DNA of 64,000 nt from Chloroflexota bacterium (GCA_009838965.1 VXQP01000081.1:7854-71853), one strand, 5' to 3'. Shown: positions 6,862 through 16,757, counted from the stretch's first letter. Numbers and translations: made by a program. Notes: generated from the letters alone by a model not told the origin.

Positions 6862-8016
6862 TTACGCCTGGCGCTCGCTGGTGACGCCGGCGTACCACTC
6901 ACAGTGGGAGAGGAAAGAATCCATCTTGCACTCCGCGCCGGACTTGGCAAGTTCGTCAAGGAAGAGCGCGTGAATCTCAGGGGCCTGGTCCTCGTACTCC
7001 ACCTGGATGCCGCCCTCCTTGATGCTGACGTCGGCGGTGGCGCGCTGGTTGGGTGCGTAGAAGCCGCCGTTGCCGCCGCGCAGCGCCATGTAGCGGGCAC
7101 GCGTCGTGCCGGAGTTGAAGTGCTGGTGGTAGGTGCCGTCGCCGGGAACGATGACGATGGTGCCGATCTGCCAGTCGCACTTCACCATGTCCGAACGGTC
7201 TTCCTTCGTCCAAAGGAGGGAGTACCCGGCGTCGCCGCTGAGGAGGAAGAGGTGCGCGCCGGGGCCGTGGCGGTGGGCCTTCTTGTAGGTGCCGACGGGG
7301 AACTCGGAGATGTGGTTGCCCATGTCGTTCTGGCCCATCTGCAGCATGGCGTTGATGCCGCCGGCGCCGCGCTCCTTCCAGCCGTAGAGCGCCATGTCCG
7401 GCGCGTTGGGGATGAAGTTGGTCTCCCAGATGCGCTTGTTGTAGAGCTTGCCATTGCCGGAGAACCAGGACTCGTCGTCCGAGTAGCGGCTACGGAACAT
7501 GAAGTCGTTGTTGAACATGAAGTCGGTGTCGCGGAAGAGGCGCATCATGGGCGGAGCGTTGGTCGTCGCCATGTAGCGCACCTTCTCGTCGCCGGAACCG
7601 TTGAAGTGCTGGTACCAGGCGTTCAGGGGGATGGTGAAGAGGGAGCCCGTCCTCCACTCGAAGGTCTGCTTGCTGTCCTCGTTCATCCAGACGGTCGTCG
7701 CGCCGCGCCCCTGAACGATGTAGAAGTTGATCTCGTACATGTGGTGCTCGGGCTCGGAGCGTCCGCCGGGCTTGATGTCGACCACGTGCAGGTCGTTCGG
7801 CATGTGGGCGTTGTCGATGTGGATGACTGCGCCCTCGCCGCCCTTGCGCTCCCACGGGCCGACCTCGACCTCGTGCCAGTTGGGGACGTAGTACGTCTTG
7901 TGGACCAGTACCTTCTCCTTCTCCAGCCAGTCCTCGTAGGCGTCGGGGATGCGGAAGTCCTCGAGCTGGCCGGTAGGCGTCTCCGCCACCTTCATGTCGG
8001 TGCCTTGCATAACCAT
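6862..8016 (-). CDS. Bicupin protein, tandem paralogue of 5578..6744
   Basis: Collinear similarity to the downstream bicupin along its full length. GGAGTGAGGTGA RBS 6 nt before the ATG. Confidence 0.7.
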   Translation of the reverse strand: MVMQGTDMKVAETPTGQLEDFRIPDAYEDWLEKEKVLVHKTYYVPNWHEVEVGPWERKGGEGAVIHIDNAHMPNDLHVVDIKPGGRSEPEHHMYEINFYIVQGRGATTVWMNEDSKQTFEWRTGSLFTIPLNAWYQHFNGSGDEKVRYMATTNAPPMMRLFRDTDFMFNNDFMFRSRYSDDESWFSGNGKLYNKRIWETNFIPNAPDMALYGWKERGAGGINAMLQMGQNDMGNHISEFPVGTYKKAHRHGPGAHLFLLSGDAGYSLLWTKEDRSDMVKCDWQIGTIVIVPGDGTYHQHFNSGTTRARYMALRGGNGGFYAPNQRATADVSIKEGGIQVEYEDQAPEIHALFLDELAKSGAECKMDSFLSHCEWYAGVTSERQA

Positions 8017-8082
8017 CAGGCGTCACCTCACTCCGTAAATGTGGGGCAAGCGTATCGCAATAACGCACCGCGCACAAATAGA

Positions 8083-8113
8083 AGGGGCAGGCAACTGGCT
8101 ATTGCCTGCCCCT
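8083..8113 (-). terminator. Intrinsic terminator-like hairpin after the amidohydrolase gene
   Basis: 12-bp stem AGGGGCAGGCAA / TTGCCTGCCCCT with a 7-nt loop. Followed on the minus strand by TTCTATTTGT. Confidence 0.6.
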
Positions 8114-8136
8114 GCAGTGCGAACGCTGCCGGAAGC

Positions 8137-9279
8137 CTAGACGGGAACGGGCGCCTCCACCTTGTAGAAGCGGGCGCAGTTGTCCCAGAGGATCTTGCGC
8201 TTCTCCTCGTCGGTGAGGTCCAGTTCGAGGAACGCCTTGACCGCGTTCGGGTAGCGCGAGTCGCCGTGGGGGTAGTCGGTCGAGAAGACGATCTGGTCGC
8301 TGCCGATGTAGTCGATGGCGTATTTTGCAGGGCCCTCGTCCGGCTCGATGGAGACCCAGCACTGGCGCTTGAAGAGCTCGATGGGGCTCTCGGACAGCTC
8401 CGGCATGTAGGCGTCGAGCTCGAGCTCGTGCATCTCCTCGATGCGCCAGAGGAGCCAGGGCAGCCAGGCGCAGTTGGCTTCCAGGAACGCGGCGCGGAGC
8501 TTGGGGTGCCGCTCCAGAACGCCGCCGCCGACGAAGCTGCCGAGGCCCATCATCTGCTCGAACGGCTGGGCGTAGACACGGCGCAGCATGAAGTTGTCGA
8601 AGTGCTCGCCGGCCTGCTTGGACATGGAGCCGGAGGCTTCGTGGAAGCCGATGGGCACGTCCAACTCCTCCAGCGTGTTCCATAGCGGCTCCATGTACGG
8701 GTCGTGCCAGTTCTTGCCGTTGACGACGTTCGAGCGGACGAAGACGGCCTTGAAGCCGAGCTCCTCCACGGCGCGCCGGGTCTCGGCGACGGCGTCGTTG
8801 ACGTCGTAGACGGAGATCATGCCCGCACCGAACATGCGGTTGGGGTCGACGGAGCAGAAGTCGTACATCCAGTCGTTGTAAGCGCGGGCGATGGCCGCGC
8901 CGAGGCCGGGGTCGATGTCGGGCCGGGTGAGGACGCTGAGGCCGCGGCTGGGGAACATGACGGCGACGTCGATGCCCTCGATATCCATCGCCTCGAGCTG
9001 GCAGTAGGAGTCCCACCCGCGCGAGGAGTGGTCCCTGTAGAGCACCTGGTTCTTCTCGTAGTTGTGCCCCTTGCGGTTGATGGTGGTTGCACCCGCGCCG
9101 GTGCCGTCGGCGATGCGTTCGAGGTCGGGCCAGCTGATGCGGAGGTCGCGCACGTTCTCCGAGGTGATGCCGACCGGCGCGGCGCTCTTGTAACGGTCGT
9201 CGATGTAGCGCTGCCAGAGGTCCGGCGGCTCCATGATGTGCATGTCGCTGTCGAAGATGAGGAAGCCATCCTTAGCCAT
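8137..9279 (-). CDS. Amidohydrolase-2 family (ACMSD-like metal-dependent hydrolase/decarboxylase)
   Basis: FDSDMHIMEP N-terminus, FHE, and STDYPHGD near the C-terminus. GAGGAGGA RBS. Confidence 0.8.
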   Translation of the reverse strand: MAKDGFLIFDSDMHIMEPPDLWQRYIDDRYKSAAPVGITSENVRDLRISWPDLERIADGTGAGATTINRKGHNYEKNQVLYRDHSSRGWDSYCQLEAMDIEGIDVAVMFPSRGLSVLTRPDIDPGLGAAIARAYNDWMYDFCSVDPNRMFGAGMISVYDVNDAVAETRRAVEELGFKAVFVRSNVVNGKNWHDPYMEPLWNTLEELDVPIGFHEASGSMSKQAGEHFDNFMLRRVYAQPFEQMMGLGSFVGGGVLERHPKLRAAFLEANCAWLPWLLWRIEEMHELELDAYMPELSESPIELFKRQCWVSIEPDEGPAKYAIDYIGSDQIVFSTDYPHGDSRYPNAVKAFLELDLTDEEKRKILWDNCARFYKVEAPVPV

Positions 9280-9335
9280 CGCTGTTCCTCCTCTGTGGCC
9301 TATTCAGGGCCGCATGTCTCTCGTGTTCCCGTCCC

Positions 9336-10637
9336 CTAACTCCTGTTGCTGGCGACCACCTCGTCGGCGTGGCTCGCCCAGGTGTCGAGCACGCCCTGGA
9401 TGTCGCTCTTGACCTCCTCGGTCTCGCCGGCCTGTGCCGTGAAGTAGACGGCTATCCGGCTCACTTCCTGCAGCGACGGCCAGCGCTCCAGCGGCAGTTC
9501 GATGCTGTTGTTCTTCCCGGGGTCGCGGATGACGTTCATCGGGTCGCCGCCGTCCTCTACGATCTTCATCTGCTCTGCCAGCTGCTTGCGGAGCAGGATG
9601 ATGCCGCGGTCGGACTCGCCGAGCTTCTCCTGGACGCGATCGGCGTTCGGGCCCTGGGTGATCCACGCGACGAAGTCCTGGTGGTTCACGAGGTCAGGGA
9701 TGAGTTTGCCGGACTCGTCGTAGATGGGGACGATGAAGTGCGGGATCTTCTCCTGCTTCGGGAGCGTGGTGCCCGGTGCGGCCTTGTAGAAGAACCAGGT
9801 GACGTGGAGCGTCGTGGTGTCGTCGATCGGCGTGCGGTACTGGAAGTTGCACTTCACGCCGTCGCCGACGAACAGGATGTTCGGGAAGAGGGCGGGGTGG
9901 CCGACCTTCCAGTCGTGGTCCTCCTTCGAGGTGCCCTCGACGACGCGGCGCTTGATGATGCCGTGCTCGAACTCGGTGAAGCCGATCTCCTTGTGGTTGC
10001 GCGGGATGATGGGGCTGAGGTCCGGCTCTCCACCCAGGGCGATGGCCTTCTCGCGCTGCTGCACGACGCCCCAGTAGCCGTGCAGCCACTCGAGGTGGAC
10101 AGGGTCGTGCGAGTTCTCCTGGCACTGGAGCCAGTTGCAGGGTAGTTCAGCGATGCCGATGTCCGAGTAGCCATTCTCGTAGGTGTACGGCTCCCACATC
10201 GGGATGAGCGGCGCGGGGGCAGGCCCCATGTACGCCCAGAGCATCCCCGCCATCTCCTGCACGGGGTAGCCCGCAACCTTCACCTTCTCCTTGAAGCGCC
10301 CGTCCGGGTGGACGGTCTCCTCGAAGGGCTGCTCGATGCACTGGCCGGTCTCGTCCATCATCCAGCCGTGGTACATGCAGCGGAGTCCGTGCTCCTCGGG
10401 GATGCCGTAGGAGAGGTCGACCCTGCGGTGGGGGCAGAACCGCTCGATGAGGCCGACAGTGCCGGACTTGTCGCGGTAGAGGACGAGGTCTTCGCCTAGC
10501 AGGCGCACCGGCTTGGTGGGGCGCTCGTCGAGTTCGGTCGCGGCCGCGAAGGGGTGCCAGTAGCGGCGCATGAGTTCGCCCCCGGGCGTGCCCGGGCCGA
10601 CCTGCGTTAGGCGTTCGTTGTCCTGTGCGGAAAGCAT
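9336..10637 (-). CDS. Rieske [2Fe-2S] non-heme-iron oxygenase alpha subunit (phthalate/KshA-like class)
   Basis: CPHRRVDLSYG...CMYHGW Rieske motif. NSHDPVHLEWLH iron motif. GGAGGA RBS. Confidence 0.9.
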   Translation of the reverse strand: MLSAQDNERLTQVGPGTPGGELMRRYWHPFAAATELDERPTKPVRLLGEDLVLYRDKSGTVGLIERFCPHRRVDLSYGIPEEHGLRCMYHGWMMDETGQCIEQPFEETVHPDGRFKEKVKVAGYPVQEMAGMLWAYMGPAPAPLIPMWEPYTYENGYSDIGIAELPCNWLQCQENSHDPVHLEWLHGYWGVVQQREKAIALGGEPDLSPIIPRNHKEIGFTEFEHGIIKRRVVEGTSKEDHDWKVGHPALFPNILFVGDGVKCNFQYRTPIDDTTTLHVTWFFYKAAPGTTLPKQEKIPHFIVPIYDESGKLIPDLVNHQDFVAWITQGPNADRVQEKLGESDRGIILLRKQLAEQMKIVEDGGDPMNVIRDPGKNNSIELPLERWPSLQEVSRIAVYFTAQAGETEEVKSDIQGVLDTWASHADEVVASNRS

Positions 10638-10690
10638 CCTTCATCCTCCCGATGCAGGCAGATTGGCGGGATTGTAGCACGGGCGGGCGC

Positions 10691-11110
10691 TTACGCACTC
10701 TGCCAGGGGTTAGTCACTTCGATGGGGAGATAGTCGAAATCGGCGACGTTGCGTGTGGCGAGCGAGAGGTCGTTCGCCGCGGCTATCCCGGCGATGAGCG
10801 CGTCGGCAATCCTGAGGCGTCGGCCGGATCGATGTGCTTCCGCGCGCAACCCGCCAGCATATTCCGCCGCTTCACCGTCCAGCGACAGAGTGCGCTCGCT
10901 GTACTCATCCAAGAACCCAGCCATTGCGGCTGCGATGGAGTTGCGCCGTCTCCCCTGCGGAAGAAGCTGTAACCCATACTCGATCTCATACAGTGCGATG
11001 ACAGGAACCCAGAGGTCATCCATCGTTTTGAGGAAGGTCACCACGTGCCTGTCCGGTGGGGTCTTGGCTAACTCCGAGATGACGTTGGTATCGAGCAGAT
11101 AGCCGCTCAT
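10691..11110 (-). CDS. vapC: PIN-domain toxin VapC
   Basis: LLDTNVISEL start and conserved acidic positions, about 139 aa. Its ATG overlaps the antitoxin stop (ATGA). Confidence 0.85.
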   Translation of the reverse strand: MSGYLLDTNVISELAKTPPDRHVVTFLKTMDDLWVPVIALYEIEYGLQLLPQGRRRNSIAAAMAGFLDEYSERTLSLDGEAAEYAGGLRAEAHRSGRRLRIADALIAGIAAANDLSLATRNVADFDYLPIEVTNPWQSA

Positions 11111-11421
11111 CGGTTGGCTTCGTCAGCGAAGGGAATCTCGCGGTCGTCATCATCACGGGAAGGGAGTTCCAGTTCAATGCCACGAGGGAAGTTCTCCACG
11201 AGCCACTGGCCGAGGGGTTTGCGCGGGTGTGCCCGCTCCTGCCAGACGCGCTCCGGCACAACGATGAACGCGCGTTGCACACCGATGCGCTGCGGGCCTT
11301 CCTCCTCGGCGAGGCGCAGGACCTCGGACAGCCGCGCCTTGGTGTCGGCGACCGTCCACGTGCGGGTGGGGTCGTTACGTTGAGGTGCGGTCCGTGTGGT
11401 CACAGTATTCCTCCTCATCAT
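11107..11421 (-). CDS. Phd/YefM-type antitoxin partner of VapC
   Basis: About 104 aa with WTVADTKARLSEVLRLAEEEGPQRI, typical of the Phd/YefM N-terminus. Lies directly upstream of vapC. Confidence 0.7.
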   Translation of the reverse strand: MMRRNTVTTRTAPQRNDPTRTWTVADTKARLSEVLRLAEEEGPQRIGVQRAFIVVPERVWQERAHPRKPLGQWLVENFPRGIELELPSRDDDDREIPFADEANR

Positions 11422-11431
11422 CTCCTGTCAG

Positions 11432-11463
11432 GACTAGTCTATATCATCCAGACCAGACTAGTC
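11432..11463 (-). promoter_or_regulatory. Twin palindromic operator candidates upstream of the antitoxin
   Basis: The GACTAGTC palindrome occurs twice (11432-11439 and 11456-11463), within the repeated GACTAGTCTATA, 24 bp apart. Confidence 0.5.
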
Positions 11464-11519
11464 TATACCGCGATACGGAGCCCAATCCCAGTACTACGGA
11501 CAGCGTGAGAGAGGTGCCG

Positions 11520-13193
11520 CTAGGCGGGTGCTTCGAACGTGCCGAAGACGTCGCGCAGCGTCGAGCAGATCTCGCCGAGCGTGGCGTAGGACTCGACGCA
11601 CTCGAGGATGGGCGGCATCAGGTTGACCGATGGCGAGCGCGCAGCCTCGCCGAGCCGCTGCAGCGACGCCTCGCTTGCGGCGGTGTCGCGCTCGTTGCGG
11701 ACGCGCGTGAGGCGGTCGAGCTGGCGCTGCGCCGCGTGCGGGGGGATCGTCTGCAGCTCGATGCGCTCGTCCTCCTCCGACGTGAAGGCGTTGACGCCCA
11801 CGATGACGCGCTCGCCGCTCTCGACCAGTTGGAAGTGACGGTACGCGGCCTCCTCGATCTCGCCGCGCTGGAAGCCCGCCTCGATCGCCGCGACCGCGCC
11901 GCCCATCGCGTCGATGCGCTCGATGTAGGCCGACGCCTCGCGCTCGATGGCGTTCGTCAGGTGTTCGACGTAGTACGACCCGCCGAGCGGGTCTATCGTC
12001 TCCGCGACGCCGGACTCGTTCGCGAGCACCTGCTGCGTGCGGAGCGCGAGCGCCGCCGAGTCCTCGGTAGGCAGGCCGAGCGCCTCGTCCTTCGAGTTGA
12101 CGTGGAGCGACTGCGTCCCCCCGAGCACCGCGGCGAGCGCCTGCACCGTCGTACGGACGACGTTCACGTCGGGCTGCTGTGCCTGGAGTGTGACGCCTGC
12201 GGTCTGCGTGTGGAAGCGGAGCATCCAGGAGCGCGGGTCCTTCGCGCCGAAGCGGTTGCGCATGATGCCGGCCCACATCCGCCGCGCCGCGCGGAACTTC
12301 GCGGCTTCCTCGAACAGGTTGTTGTGCGATGCGAAGAAGAACGAGAGCCGACCGGCGAAGTCGTCCACGTTCAGCCCGGCGTCGACCGCGGCCTGCACGT
12401 AGGCGATGCCGTTGGCCAGCGTGAATGCCAATTCCTGCGGGGCCGTCGCGCCCGCCTCGCGCATGTGGTAGCCGCTGATGCTGATCGTGTTCCAGCGCGG
12501 CACCTCTGCGGCGCACCAGGCGAACATATCGGTCGCGAGGCGCAGCGACGGCAGGGGAGGGAAGATGTGCGTGCCGCGCGCGATGTATTCCTTCAGCACG
12601 TCGTTCTGCGTCGTGCCGCCGATCTCGGCGAACGGCGCGCCTTGTTTGCGCGCGACGGCGAGGTAGAGCGCGAGCAGCATCGGCGCGGTGGCGTTGATGG
12701 TCATGGACGTGGTGACGTCGCGGAGGGGGATGCCGTCGAACAGCGCTTCCATGTCGGCAAGGCTGGATATGGGCACGCCGACCTTGCCAATCTCGGCGCG
12801 CGCCATGTCGTGGTCGGCGTCGTAGCCGGTCTGCGTGGGCAGGTCGAACGCGACCGAGAGGCCGGTCTGTCCCTGCGAGAGGAGGAAGCGGTAGCGGGTG
12901 TTGGAGTCCTCCGGCGTCGAGTAGCCGGCGTACTGGCGCATCGTCCAGAGGCGCCCCCGGTACATGGACGGCTGCACGCCCCGGGTGAACGGGTACTCGC
13001 CGGGATATCCGAGGCGGTCTTCCTGAGAGTCCTCGTCCGTTCGTCCTGAGCCTGTCGAAGGGCTGTCCGGGCCGTAGATGGGCGCAGCCTCAATGCCGGA
13101 CTCGGTGGAGAAGGCGGGCTTGCGCTCCGGCACGCGCCGCACGGCAGGGTCGTATGTCTCGCGCTGCCAGCGCTCGTGGGCGTCGTCCGTCAT
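11520..13193 (-). CDS. Methylmalonyl-CoA mutase family, large catalytic (substrate-binding) subunit without a B12-binding domain
   Basis: [60 protein letters not shown]. The start could instead be 13235. Confidence 0.9.
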   Translation of the reverse strand: MTDDAHERWQRETYDPAVRRVPERKPAFSTESGIEAAPIYGPDSPSTGSGRTDEDSQEDRLGYPGEYPFTRGVQPSMYRGRLWTMRQYAGYSTPEDSNTRYRFLLSQGQTGLSVAFDLPTQTGYDADHDMARAEIGKVGVPISSLADMEALFDGIPLRDVTTSMTINATAPMLLALYLAVARKQGAPFAEIGGTTQNDVLKEYIARGTHIFPPLPSLRLATDMFAWCAAEVPRWNTISISGYHMREAGATAPQELAFTLANGIAYVQAAVDAGLNVDDFAGRLSFFFASHNNLFEEAAKFRAARRMWAGIMRNRFGAKDPRSWMLRFHTQTAGVTLQAQQPDVNVVRTTVQALAAVLGGTQSLHVNSKDEALGLPTEDSAALALRTQQVLANESGVAETIDPLGGSYYVEHLTNAIEREASAYIERIDAMGGAVAAIEAGFQRGEIEEAAYRHFQLVESGERVIVGVNAFTSEEDERIELQTIPPHAAQRQLDRLTRVRNERDTAASEASLQRLGEAARSPSVNLMPPILECVESYATLGEICSTLRDVFGTFEAPA

Positions 13194-13239
13194 GAGGGGT
13201 AGTGTACAGGGTGCGTGCTCTCGTACGCGCCCCATGCGC

Positions 13240-13245
13240 TAGAAT
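13240..13245 (+). promoter_or_regulatory. -10 box TAGAAT for ruvB (leaderless or near-leaderless mRNA)
   Basis: GCTAGAATCG ends 9 nt before the ruvB ATG. There is no SD. Confidence 0.45.
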
Positions 13246-13254
13246 CGCGGCGGG

Positions 13255-14301
13255 ATGGCCAACGAACGCATCGTCTCTGGAGTAGCGCGGGAGGAAGACC
13301 GGGGTTCGGAGGGCGGACTGCGCCCCCGCCGCCTCGCCGAGTACATCGGCCAGGAGCGCGTGAAGGAGACGCTCACCATCTCGATGGACGCCGCCCTGCA
13401 GCGCGGCGAACCCCTCGACCACGTGCTGCTCTACGGTCCGCCCGGCCTCGGCAAAACGACGCTCGCCTCCATAATCGCGGCGGAGATGGGCGCGAACCTC
13501 CGCACGACGGCGGGCCCAGCCATCGAACGCCCCGGCGACATGGCGTCGCTCCTCACGCAGCTGAAGCCCGGCGACGTGCTGTTCATCGACGAGATACACC
13601 GGCTGAGCAAGCTCGTGGAGGAGATCCTGTACCCGGCGATGGAGGACTACTCGCTCTCTTGGGTGATGGGGAAGGGGCTACAGGCGCAGAGCATCAATCT
13701 GAAGGTGGAGCCGTTCACGCTCGTGGGCGCGACAACGCGCTACTCCATGCTGAGCGCGCCGCTGCGCGACCGGTTCGGCTCGGTGTACCGCCTCGACTTC
13801 TACGACGAAGCCGCGATGCAGGCCATCGTGCGGCGTTCGGCGCGCATCATGGAGCTGGAGACCGACGAGGGCGGCGTGGAAGAGATCGCCAAGCGTGCGC
13901 GGGGAACGCCCCGTGTTGCGAACCGGCTGCTGCGGCGGGTACGCGACTTCGCGCAGGTGCGCGCCGACGGCCGCGTCACACAGGACGTGGCGTCGCAGGC
14001 GCTCGGACTGATGGAGGTGGACGCGCTCGGACTCGACGAGGTCGACCACCGCCTCGTGCGGATGATCGCGGAGAAGTACGGCGGTGGCCCTGTGGGGCTG
14101 GACACACTCGCGGCGTCCACCGGCGAGGAGGCCGACACCATCATGGACGTGTACGAGCCGTACCTGATGCAGCTCGGCTTCCTGAACCGCACGCCGCGCG
14201 GGCGGATGCTGACTCGTGCGGCGTACGAGCACCTGGGCCTCACACCCCCGCCGCGCCTCGCTGTCGGCCAGCCGCAGTTGTGGGACAGCACGGGACAGTG
14301 A
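13255..14301 (+). CDS. ruvB: Holliday junction branch-migration helicase RuvB
   Basis: [41 protein letters not shown]. Confidence 0.97.
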   Translation: MANERIVSGVAREEDRGSEGGLRPRRLAEYIGQERVKETLTISMDAALQRGEPLDHVLLYGPPGLGKTTLASIIAAEMGANLRTTAGPAIERPGDMASLLTQLKPGDVLFIDEIHRLSKLVEEILYPAMEDYSLSWVMGKGLQAQSINLKVEPFTLVGATTRYSMLSAPLRDRFGSVYRLDFYDEAAMQAIVRRSARIMELETDEGGVEEIAKRARGTPRVANRLLRRVRDFAQVRADGRVTQDVASQALGLMEVDALGLDEVDHRLVRMIAEKYGGGPVGLDTLAASTGEEADTIMDVYEPYLMQLGFLNRTPRGRMLTRAAYEHLGLTPPPRLAVGQPQLWDSTGQ

Positions 14302-14325
14302 ACGGGTTACACCGAGGGAGACGCC

Positions 14326-15717
14326 ATGCTGACTGCGCAGGATAACGAGCTGCTGACACGCGTAGGGCCGGGCACTCCCGGCGGCGAGATGATGCGCCGC
14401 TACTGGCATCCGATATTGGCGACGCAGCAGCTGGACGAGAACCCCGTCCGCAAGGTGAAGATCCTCGGCGAGGAGCTAGCTCTCTACCGCGACCGTTCCG
14501 GTACGCTGGGGCTGCTGGGCCTGCGCTGCCCGCACCGGCTGATGAGCCTGGAGTACGGCATCCCTGAAGAGCAGGGGCTGCGCTGCGGCTACCATGGTTG
14601 GATGTTCGACGAGGAGGGGCGCTGCATCGAGACGCCGCTGGAGCCGCCGGACAGCACCTTCAGAGAGAAGGTGGAGGCGCTCCACTACCCGGTGCAGGAG
14701 ATGGGTGGGCTCGTCTGGGCGTACCTGGGCCCATCGCCCGCGCCGCTGCTCCCGCGCTGGGACCTCTTCGTGCGGCCGGGCGGTTTCCGCCAGATCGTCG
14801 CGCATCGCCTGCCGTGCAACTGGCTGCAGGTGATGGAGAACCGCGGCGACCTGGGCCACGCGACCTACCTGCATGGGCGGCTCGCGCAGTACGCGCTCGA
14901 ACGTCAGGGCAGGCTCACCGACGACTCCCGAGCGCGCTACAACGCAACGATGCGTCAGCAACAGGACCGGCTGGACAGGGGCGTCTACACGAAGTACCAG
15001 CCCGTGTGGAATCAGTTCGGGTTCAGCAAGGGCAACCTGGAATCGGACAAGAGCGAGGACTCGGCGTCGTGGACGATCGGCGCGAACTCGTTCCTCTTCC
15101 CGTACATCCTCACGTTTGCGCCGTACCAGCCGGGGACCATACGCAAGTCGTACCAGATCGGCGTGCCGCTGGACGACACGAGCACCTGGCACTTCCAGTA
15201 CTTCTTCTACGACTTCCCGCCCGGCGTGGACGTGCCTGAGCAGGACGGCGTGCCCTATGCTGAGGTGCCGCTGGACTACGAGAACGGTGAGCCGATCCTG
15301 GACAACGTGCTCTCCCAGGACATGATCGCGTGGTGGTCGCAGGGCGACATCGCGGACAGGACGCAGGAGCATCTGGGCGTCTCGGATGCCTGCGTCATCG
15401 CGTACCGGAACCTGCTGAAGGAGCAAATCAAAGTGGTGCAGGACGGGGGCGAACCGATGAACGTGTTCCGCGACCCAGCCGCTATCGAGCGTCCCGAACG
15501 GGTGCTGGAGCAGGACAGCGAGACTGCGGCCAAAGTGCTGGCCAGCCGCGGAGCACGAGGCACGATCTACTACCGCGCCAACTTCCACAAGGTCTCGAAG
15601 GGAGGCTGGCTCTACATCGACGACGACGTGGACCGGTACTGCCCGGACCGCGACACCATCGTGCAGCTCTACCGGGAGACCGAGGAGCTGCAGCTGCGGC
15701 AGGCACAAGGGGCCTGA
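14326..15717 (+). CDS. Rieske non-heme-iron oxygenase alpha subunit
   Basis: [11 protein letters not shown]...CGYHGW. GAGGGAG RBS. Confidence 0.9.
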   Translation: MLTAQDNELLTRVGPGTPGGEMMRRYWHPILATQQLDENPVRKVKILGEELALYRDRSGTLGLLGLRCPHRLMSLEYGIPEEQGLRCGYHGWMFDEEGRCIETPLEPPDSTFREKVEALHYPVQEMGGLVWAYLGPSPAPLLPRWDLFVRPGGFRQIVAHRLPCNWLQVMENRGDLGHATYLHGRLAQYALERQGRLTDDSRARYNATMRQQQDRLDRGVYTKYQPVWNQFGFSKGNLESDKSEDSASWTIGANSFLFPYILTFAPYQPGTIRKSYQIGVPLDDTSTWHFQYFFYDFPPGVDVPEQDGVPYAEVPLDYENGEPILDNVLSQDMIAWWSQGDIADRTQEHLGVSDACVIAYRNLLKEQIKVVQDGGEPMNVFRDPAAIERPERVLEQDSETAAKVLASRGARGTIYYRANFHKVSKGGWLYIDDDVDRYCPDRDTIVQLYRETEELQLRQAQGA

Positions 15718-15728
15718 CGACCGCCACC

Positions 15729-16358
15729 GTGCCCTCGTTCACGATACCTCGCGCTGCTGTCCTGTCGCTCTGCGCTGTGCTCTTGCTCGCGGCGCTCGGG
15801 TGCACACCGGATCCGACGCCAACCCCCACGCCTGCGCCCATACCGACGCCCACGGCGACTCCCACGTTAACGCCCACGCCGACCCTTACTCCAACACCCA
15901 CCTTGACTCCCACGCCCGCTCCGGCGCCGACGTCAACGCCTACCCCCGCGCCGACAGCAACGCCGTCCGGTTACCCACAGGCCGAGGTCACTATCGAAGG
16001 ATCTACGTTCCTGGTGGACGTGGCGGACACGTATGAGCGCAGAAGTCTCGGGCTTGGCGGACGCGACGAGATGGCGCGCGAGGTCGGGATGTGGTTCGAC
16101 ATGCCCGGCATCGGGAACGCGACGTTCTGGATGCGCGGCATGCGCTTCCCGATAGACATCGTGTGGATATCGGACGACTTCGTCGTGACGGGAGTGGCCG
16201 AGCGGTTGCCCTTCCCCGAACCGGGGACGCCGGACTCAGCGCTGCCGCGCTATTCCTCCGGCGTGCCGATACGGTACGTGCTGGAGATCAACGCAGGACT
16301 CGCCGAGGAGTTAGGCATCGGGGAGGGGTCGGCAGTCAGTTTCACACCGCTCCCGTGA
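15729..16358 (+). CDS. DUF192-like lipoprotein with Pro/Thr-rich linker
   Basis: GTG start. Signal peptide plus lipobox LAALGC, a PTPT linker, then ...GMWFDMP...[14 protein letters not shown]. The ORF-track start 15330 overlaps the previous gene. Confidence 0.6.
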   Translation: MPSFTIPRAAVLSLCAVLLLAALGCTPDPTPTPTPAPIPTPTATPTLTPTPTLTPTPTLTPTPAPAPTSTPTPAPTATPSGYPQAEVTIEGSTFLVDVADTYERRSLGLGGRDEMAREVGMWFDMPGIGNATFWMRGMRFPIDIVWISDDFVVTGVAERLPFPEPGTPDSALPRYSSGVPIRYVLEINAGLAEELGIGEGSAVSFTPLP

Positions 16359-16427
16359 GGGACAGCATAATGATGCTCGCGAGCACCTGCGACGGTGGAG
16401 TATCCTCACGCGGTTGAGGAGGCACCT

Positions 16428-16757
16428 ATGATCTACGAGATGCGCACCTACTATGCGATGCCGGGCAAGCTGCGCGCGGTCGTGCAGCGGTTCGCGGACG
16501 TCACCCATGACCTCTTCCTGAAGTACGGGTTCCGCCCCGTGGGATACTGGACGGAGTCGGTCGGCGACAACACGAAGTTCCACTACATGCTGGCGTGGGA
16601 GGATGACGCGGAGCGGCGCGCAAAGTGGGCCGAGTTCCGGGACGACCCGGAACGCATCCGCGCGTTCGCCGAATCGGAGAAAGACGGCCTCATCGTCGCC
16701 CGGATAGAGAACTCGATATGGGAAGCGACATCGTTCTCGCCACAGCTCCCTGCGTAG
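16428..16757 (+). CDS. NIPSNAP family protein
   Basis: MIYEMRTYY...YWTESVGDNTKFHYMLAWED. GAGGAGG RBS 5 nt upstream of ATG 16428. Confidence 0.7.
   Translation: MIYEMRTYYAMPGKLRAVVQRFADVTHDLFLKYGFRPVGYWTESVGDNTKFHYMLAWEDDAERRAKWAEFRDDPERIRAFAESEKDGLIVARIENSIWEATSFSPQLPA

Noticed and set aside
5350-8685. 1111-aa plus-strand ORF spanning the bicupin and amidohydrolase region
   Set aside because: It is antisense to three well-supported minus-strand genes. Its composition is dominated by Arg, Ala, Gly and Val with no motifs. This is a typical stop-poor shadow frame of GC-rich DNA.
15330-15728. Upstream extension of the DUF192-like ORF. The same applies to extensions of ORFs at 19893, 47179, 49980, 57342, 27532-28089, 36134-36838 and 52329-54785.
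   Set aside because: The extensions overlap the preceding, well-supported gene in another frame. Internal starts with an RBS, a signal peptide or a start-stop overlap give proteins that match family N-termini.
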